The translations under genes were made by a program, and so were the position numbers. Below are positions 61,863 through 64,000 of a stretch of 64,000 nt of DNA, in pieces. Within the stretch, counting starts at the first letter, position 1; the number at the start of each line of letters is the position of its first letter. The notes under the pieces were generated by a model. It made no database searches and was not told the origin of the DNA. It saw nothing but the letters and a program-made list of their open reading frames with translations. Source of the DNA: an uncultured Verrucomicrobiae bacterium (lineage in GTDB: Bacteria; Verrucomicrobiota; Verrucomicrobiia; Chthoniobacterales; JAFAMB01); contig CAWEXO010000009.1 of NCBI GenBank assembly GCA_963813025.1, positions 32,001 through 96,000 on the forward strand, in the 5' to 3' direction.

Positions 61863-63254
61863 CTAAGAAACTAAATCCGTGGCTGGGTCTAGAGGCGTGA
61901 GTTGGAGTCCGAATTCTTTGGCTCGTCGGCTGAGATTGTGAAGTAGGCGGTCTTTGTATTTTTTCTCGTAGTAGAGTTGCCCTTGCTCGACATAGGCAGC
62001 TCCGAACTTGAGCATGCGATAGAACAAGCGTGCCAGTTTATGAGCTCCGGCGTTGATGGCGGTGGGTGCCCCCAATCGGGCTTTGATGCGGCGGATAAAA
62101 GCGCCGATGGCCGTCTTACTTTGCATGGCTCCTTGGGCCGCCAGCCGGAACATGGCCGCCGCGCGATTCTTGGTTTTTCTGGGGCTGGAACTGAGCAGTT
62201 TGCCGCCGCTGATGCGATTGTCCGGACAGAGTTTAAGCCAGGAGCAAAAGTGTTTTTCGCTTTTCCAACAGGTCATGTCTAAACCCGTTTCCGAAATGAT
62301 GACTTCCACCGCCAAGGTGCTCAAGCCAGGCAACTGACTCAGATCGACACCACAAACGCTGGCCAGATGCGCTCGGCGCTGCAGGGCTAGGCGAACTTGG
62401 GCCGACCGTGCTTGGGCCGCCCCGCTTTGCTCGAGGGCTTGCTCCAAATCTAGTTTAGTGTCGAATTGCTCAAGTTGTTGCTCAATCTTGCTTTCGCAGG
62501 CGGTGATCTTGAGCTGGTAGGTGTCATAGAGTTCCAGGGCCGTTTGCAAGGCGAAGAGATGCTCGGCTCGGTAATCTCCCTGTAAGGCTTTGACGATCTG
62601 ATCAGTGGATGCTTTCACTTGGGGGTGTTTCATCTGGGCAAGCTTGAGCGGATTGCGTTCTCCGGCCAAAATCGCCCGAATCATCGCCATGCCACTATAA
62701 CCGGTGATGTCGCTCAACACGCGGTGCACTTGGATATTCATTTCGGTTAAGGCCTTCTGCATGCGTAACACATGGCTGCTGCAGTCCTTAACCAAGGTGT
62801 CGCGCAGGCGCAGGAAGCTGCGCAAGACGCAGACCTCGTCCTTGGGTCGGAACGAGCCGTTTAAAAGACCAAAGGTGTGGAGTTGTTGAAGCCATTGGCA
62901 GTCCGAGACGTCGCTTTTGCGTCCAGGCAGATTCTTGACATGAGCTGCGTTGACCAATTTTACCTCCAACCCTCTCTGCTCCAGAATCTGGAACACCGGT
63001 ATCCAATAAACCCCCGTTGATTCCATCACTACGGTCTCAATGTGGTGTTCGCTCAGCCAGTCAGCCATCCGCTGCAGATCGCTCGTAAAAGGGCCAAACT
63101 TGCGCACCGTTTCTGAGCCGCGGTCTTCGGGAATGGCCACCAGGTGAAAATTCGCCCCGATATCGATTCCTGCGGCCTTGAGATTGATCCGTTCCAGAAC
63201 ACTCCGGTGAGTTTTTGATTTGTTCTTTCGCTTGGTCGTGGTTTTCTTTGCCAT
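61863..63254 (-). CDS. IS110 family DEDD recombinase
   Basis: AAGIDIG, VVMESTGVYW and KSDVSD give the DEDD residues; the C-terminal domain has NRISGG. Confidence 0.96.
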   Translation of the reverse strand: MAKKTTTKRKNKSKTHRSVLERINLKAAGIDIGANFHLVAIPEDRGSETVRKFGPFTSDLQRMADWLSEHHIETVVMESTGVYWIPVFQILEQRGLEVKLVNAAHVKNLPGRKSDVSDCQWLQQLHTFGLLNGSFRPKDEVCVLRSFLRLRDTLVKDCSSHVLRMQKALTEMNIQVHRVLSDITGYSGMAMIRAILAGERNPLKLAQMKHPQVKASTDQIVKALQGDYRAEHLFALQTALELYDTYQLKITACESKIEQQLEQFDTKLDLEQALEQSGAAQARSAQVRLALQRRAHLASVCGVDLSQLPGLSTLAVEVIISETGLDMTCWKSEKHFCSWLKLCPDNRISGGKLLSSSPRKTKNRAAAMFRLAAQGAMQSKTAIGAFIRRIKARLGAPTAINAGAHKLARLFYRMLKFGAAYVEQGQLYYEKKYKDRLLHNLSRRAKEFGLQLTPLDPATDLVS

Positions 63255-63299
63255 ACCTCTCTTGGGTTAGATGTTGTTCTTGCTTTCACACTGCAGCGC

Positions 63300-63470
63300 A
63301 TCGGCCCGAGTTGGTAGATAGAGAGAAATCTCCTAAACAGGATAGCTCCAGATCGGCAAACAACCCGATCTGGAGCTTCGCTAATGCAACAACCAAAACG
63401 CTCGGAACCAAACTAGCTATCGGGCATAAAGCTCCAATGCCACACCGGTCTTAACTGCCGACCCACTGCT
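63300..63470 (-). ncRNA. Predicted bridge RNA of IS110 element B
   Basis: Target loop UGUGGCAUU (63444-63436) / AUAGCUAG (63420-63413). Donor loop UGUUGCAUU (63391-63383) / UUUAGGAG (63337-63330) around a 13-bp hairpin at 63344-63377. Ends are approximate. Confidence 0.75.
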
Positions 63471-63550
63471 GCCTACTTTCTACGTCGAGATGCCCAAGGC
63501 AATCAATCCAGTGTTTCTTGCCGCAAAAAGAACGCGCAGAGTTCTGGGGA

Positions 63551-63600
63551 ACTAGCTAGCACTGGCACTGACACTGGGCACTGGCACTGGGCACTGGCAC
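63551..63600 (+). repeat. Hexamer microsatellite, right half of the tract split by IS110-B
   Basis: ACTAGCTAGCACTGGCACTGACACTGGGCACTGGCACTGGGCACTGGCAC; the left half CACTAGCACTAGCACT is at 61846-61861. Confidence 0.85.
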
Positions 63601-63636
63601 CCTTTGCTCCTCGCCACCTTGAGCTATTTTTGCCAC

Positions 63637-64000
63637 GTGCCGTCGTCCAAACGACTCTTCGTCGGGATCGAAATTCCTTCGAATTGCCAAGCGGGTCTGC
63701 GGACGATCGATCCGCGGATAGCGGGCCTTCGCTGGCTTTCCGTCGGGCAGTTTCATTTGACCCTCAGTTTCCTCGGACAGATTGAAACGCGGGCTGAAGA
63801 GCGACTCCAGGCGGTTCTGAGCGAAGTGCGCGTGCCGCCGTTTTTTCTACCATTGCGGGGCGTCGGCACGTTCAGCTCGCGCGGTCGCATATCAGTTGTC
63901 TGGGTCGGCGTGGGGAAAGGGCACCCTCACCTTTTTGCGCTGCATCAGCGGATTCAAGATGCCATTCTCTCCGCGGGTATTGAACCTGATCTCAAACCGT
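63637..64000 (+). CDS. thpR: RNA 2',3'-cyclic phosphodiesterase (3'-truncated by window edge; not in ORF track)
   Basis: GTG start, RLFVGI, LRW, first 2H motif FHLTLSFLG and VVWVG. Confidence 0.85.
   Translation, partial: MPSSKRLFVGIEIPSNCQAGLRTIDPRIAGLRWLSVGQFHLTLSFLGQIETRAEERLQAVLSEVRVPPFFLPLRGVGTFSSRGRISVVWVGVGKGHPHLFALHQRIQDAILSAGIEPDLKP

Larger units (their letters stand above)
61860..63553 (-). mobile_element. IS110-family element B, intact, inserted in a hexamer microsatellite
   Basis: + strand junctions CACTAGCA[CT]CCTAAG and TGGGGAA[CT]AGCTAGCACTGG; no terminal IRs; about 300-bp non-coding end upstream of the gene. Confidence 0.88.

Noticed and set aside
63554..63557. Alternative IS110-B boundary including AG[CT] (core at 63556-63557)
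   Set aside because: Possible, but the core at 63552-63553 gives a 7-bp right-target-guide match and the same register in both loops. Another copy or a circle junction is needed to be certain.
1..64000. CRISPR array, tRNA or rRNA genes
   Set aside because: I saw no regularly spaced direct repeats with unique spacers, no cas genes and no recognisable tRNA or rRNA sequence.

Overview
A bacterial chromosomal segment of moderately high GC. Gene content (LpxC-FabZ fusion, stand-alone CoaC, PUR-domain protein) suggests Verrucomicrobia, but this is inference. The backbone is housekeeping: priA, lysS, argH, tatC, miaB, a UvrD-family helicase, sod, ilvB, lpxC-fabZ, lpxA, cysS, ispF, carB, trpS, glnB-glnA and hflKC. 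The intergenic DNA carries several GTAG-type REP/REPIN families, hexamer and heptamer microsatellite tracts, and five IS elements. The best signal is two IS110-family elements whose bridge RNAs can be decoded from this window alone. (A) An IS621-like element (35089-37147) sits in a REP. Its guides match its own ends and the reconstructed target, an unoccupied copy of that target is at 17313-17338, and an IS3 replaces most of its recombinase gene. (B) An intact IS110 (61860-63553) has guides matching the GCACT(A/G) microsatellite it occupies, read in the opposite polarity to element A. An IS630 and an IS5/ISNCY-like element also sit at CTAG sites. Other notable items are an unannotated 36-aa KKAPA-repeat protein, a PII protein with a rewritten T-loop behind a sigma54-type promoter and structured leader, and an internally deleted IS200-type TnpA next to a dispersed palindromic element. 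The many single-base frameshifts at 51-61 kb look like long-read errors. I found no CRISPR array, rRNA or tRNA.
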